Assembly (NCBI GenBank): GCA_964016885.1
Contig: OZ024754.1
Span: 45,756,001 to 45,820,000, forward strand
DNA: 64,000 nt
Direction: 5' to 3'
From: Eledone cirrhosa
Lineage: Eukaryota
Both the position numbers and the translations under genes were made by a program. The notes beneath the pieces are model-generated. The model searched no databases and was not told where the DNA came from. It was given only the letters and a program-made list of their open reading frames with translations. Below, in pieces: positions 61,081-64,000 of this stretch. The first letter of the stretch is position 1, and each line of letters starts with the position of its first letter.

Positions 61081-62521
61081 GTGTGTGTACAATCTTGGCT
61101 GTGCTGTGTAAAGTAATAATTTCTATCTCTCTGCGGACAGAAAATGACGCAAAGGAACTGATTTCTGCCAAACATATGCGTGTAAATTGTGAGTGTGTTT
61201 GTGTGTGTAAATTGTGTGTGTTTCTGTGTGTAAATTGTGTGTGTGTTTGTGTGTGTAAATTGTGTGTGTGTTTGTGTGTGTAAATTGTGTGTATGTTTGT
61301 GTGTGTAAGATAATAGGTAGAACTAAATAAACTGTTAACAAATGAACGAAGCAGACACTTTCTCTTTTCTATCTTTGCTCCTACTTTTACTGATTCTTCA
61401 TAAGAATATAGTTGTTGTTCTGTTTTATATAATCCGGATTGTAGGACATTTGCTTTCATTAATTCTCAGTAATTCCTATGCGTTTGTATCTGAAGGCAAG
61501 CAAGTGATAGACTTTGTCTCTTTCAATGACGACCTTTGTCAATCGAGTTGGATCCACTAACAAGTGGATGAGAAACTCTTCCTTAAACAAGTATTATTCT
61601 GACAATTCCATTCTTTTAGTCTTCGTGTAGATGAGAAATACCATTTCATATTTCACTAACACTAAGATAGAATCGTATTTATTCGACTTCGAAGTTTTTA
61701 TTATTATCATTCAATATTATTATTCTAATAAAGATAGGAATCTTTCGTAAAATATCAACCACTTCTGACACTCAATCTTGTCTTGGATCTCGTTGGTATG
61801 ATGCCAAACTTTCGATTATTTTTTTTAAATATAAAGGCATTGTTTTACAGCTTAGGGAAACAGAGATAGACGCTGAACGAGGAAGAGAGAGAATTAGTAA
61901 TGGATGTACTTACAATTTATTTTAATAAAAAAGATAGAGTGGGTGTGTGAGAGGGGAAACATATTAATGCATTTACAATTTCACGTGGTTACGGAAATTT
62001 TCCTTCAGTTTAAGCCGTGTTATCTTTCTTCTGGTAGCAACCATAATTTTATAAAATTCGTAATCAAGTTTAAATCATAAAATTTTAATCAAAAATATGT
62101 ATATTAAACTTAAACTGGATCTCATCGGGAATGTGCTAAATGTTCGATTATTTATGAAAATCTGAAGTCATATGTGATCTTTCCTCTAGCTCTACCTCTA
62201 CTTCTTATTCTCATTTTGTTTCCCCCTCTCGTCTCTTCCCTCTCATCATCATACAATCTGTTTCTCTCTTCCCCCTCAGCCACAATATTTGTCTCTCTCT
62301 CTCTCACCTATCTCCCCCACAATTTGTCTTTTTCTCCCCTTCTCCCACACAATTGATGTCTCTCGTCTCCCTCATCCTCACTATCTATTTCTCTCTCGCT
62401 CCACCGATAGTGTCAATCCCCCGTCCTTAAGTAGTGAGAATATTGAAACCTTTAAACGTTCATTTATTTAACTACGTAGGAGTCTGTTGAAGTTTTAAAG
62501 TTATACATTTTTTTTTGTGTA

Positions 62522-62945
62522 TTTTTTTCAAGATCTTGTGCAATGCCATAAATATGCCATTATATTATGTTGTTACTCAGAAGAATATGTTCAGAGACCT
62601 TCAATATAATGGTTTTCTTGATTTCTTTTTACAGCTGATATAAAAATACCTTTTCCAATTGTATGTTATATATCGTTCTTTTACTTGTCTTTCTTCACGT
62701 TGAAAGATTTATTGCAAGAGGCCGTCATTTCTTCTTTAAATATAGGTTGGACGTTCTCCAAATTTTTCATTCGGTGTCTTAAATTGTTTTACTTATCTTA
62801 ATACTTCGTTACAATGCGGTGATTCATCTTGGAAGACTTCATTGCATCATTACCAAAAAGTTTTCACATAACAATGTCTCATTAGTGATCGAAGAAATAG
62901 AACCGAATGTTCAATATTGTTGTGAATATTCTACATAGAGGTATC
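62522..62945 (-). pseudogene. Decayed hAT (Charlie/Buster-like) transposase N-terminal fragment
   Basis: Minus strand across frameshifts: EYSQQY*TFG...LLCEN..GNDAMKSSKM...HTIGKGIFISAVK...ILLSNNII...QDLEK. Resembles the Y..EYL.FGF / NEAMKPS / HTIGE.LI.PA / IPLSN.T motifs. Confidence 0.7.
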
Positions 62946-63109
62946 TGGATACACCAGGTTCCATACTCTCTCACAATGATATTTCTGTGAATATCTTCCT
63001 GTCATTCCAATTTCTACCACAGCTCATCACAATGACTATGTTTCCATGGGTGACATATATCCCTTCATTCTAATTTCTACCACAGCTTAGTAAAATAAAT
63101 TACCAATCC

Positions 63110-63200
63110 AGAGTGGAGAATTGGCAGAGTTCTTAGAGCGTTCGACAAAATGCTTTGCGGTACTTGTTCCAGCTTTTTCCTTTTTTACTCGAAATCAAGC
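63110..63200 (+). mobile_element. SINE head fragment
   Basis: gtggagaattggcagagttcttagagcgttcgacaaaatgctttgcggt resembles the family head. Confidence 0.6.
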
Positions 63201-63326
63201 TAACCCACATGTCGATATTTGACAAATACACTGGAAACATTCACAAAACACTTGAAGCGTTATTGCTGTTCGGCTGATAAAAAAGGTATAGATTTTTTAC
63301 TTTAGAAATTAAGTTCAATTTTTGGA

Positions 63327-63431
<105 letters not shown>

Positions 63432-63955
63432 TCAGGGGAGATATAATCAACTTTGAATGTGAATATTAACGTTGTTCAAGTTTATTACTCTAAGTCCATC
63501 AACCTGTTCACGTTTGCATTTATTTATATTCAATTCATTGATTGTGCTAATTTACAAACGCTATTCCAATGTTAGCTTTTCTCGTATTATCAGATTTATT
63601 AGTCATACATGTATGTGACAGCGCCCTCTGTGTATGTATGAGAGAAGTGAGATGTTTAATTGCAGAGTTTGGAAATAATTGTTTATAAACTAATAAAATA
63701 TTTAATAAAATACAATGAATTATGCAGGATTATTTAAATACATTTTTTAAATGAGCATAACATTTTTCGTTACCAACAGCACAATTACATTCATTAATAT
63801 CGGTGCCTAACGCCATTTTTATCAACAATAATTCCATAACTGTAGTTGTTGTTATAAATATATTTCGCGCCATTACGTTTATTAGTATTATCAACATTTC
63901 CGTCAGAGTCGTCGACAGCATTATCATCATTATCGTCACATTTTTCTTATTATAT

Positions 63956-64000
63956 AGAGGGTGGTGGATTGGCAGTATTGTTAGAGCTCGGACAATATGC
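63956..64000 (+). mobile_element. SINE head running off the window end
   Basis: agagggtggtggattggcagtattgttagagctcggacaatatgc. Confidence 0.75.

Overview
AT-rich, microsatellite-saturated, non-coding animal DNA. It is most likely a cephalopod (Octopus-like) intergenic or intronic region, inferred from the SINE families and the very long (TA)n/(TACA)n/(CAT)n arrays. I found no intact host protein-coding gene; almost all long ORFs in the track are simple-repeat translations. Recognisable content: (1) roughly 15 copies or fragments of one tRNA-derived SINE plus one CORE-type SINE; (2) decayed transposon coding relics (Tx1/L1-type RT and zinc finger, HERO-like zinc knuckle plus restriction-like endonuclease, R4/Dong-like RT, RTE-type AP endonuclease, hAT/Charlie-like transposase); (3) MITE-like elements. 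The main signal is a set of 150-450 bp non-coding islands inserted in (TA)n arrays. They carry type I hammerhead ribozyme (HHR) motifs from several sequence families: two look structurally complete (36666-36736 +, 48572-48636 -) and several are partial or degenerate. Many islands are fold-back palindromes. In one four-copy family, one fold-back starts exactly at the predicted GUC cleavage site (36910) and another pivots on the stem II loop (42361-42364). This pattern fits Penelope-like or retrozyme-type mini-retroelements that target TA repeats and whose ribozyme defines the element end. All alignments and folds were done by eye.
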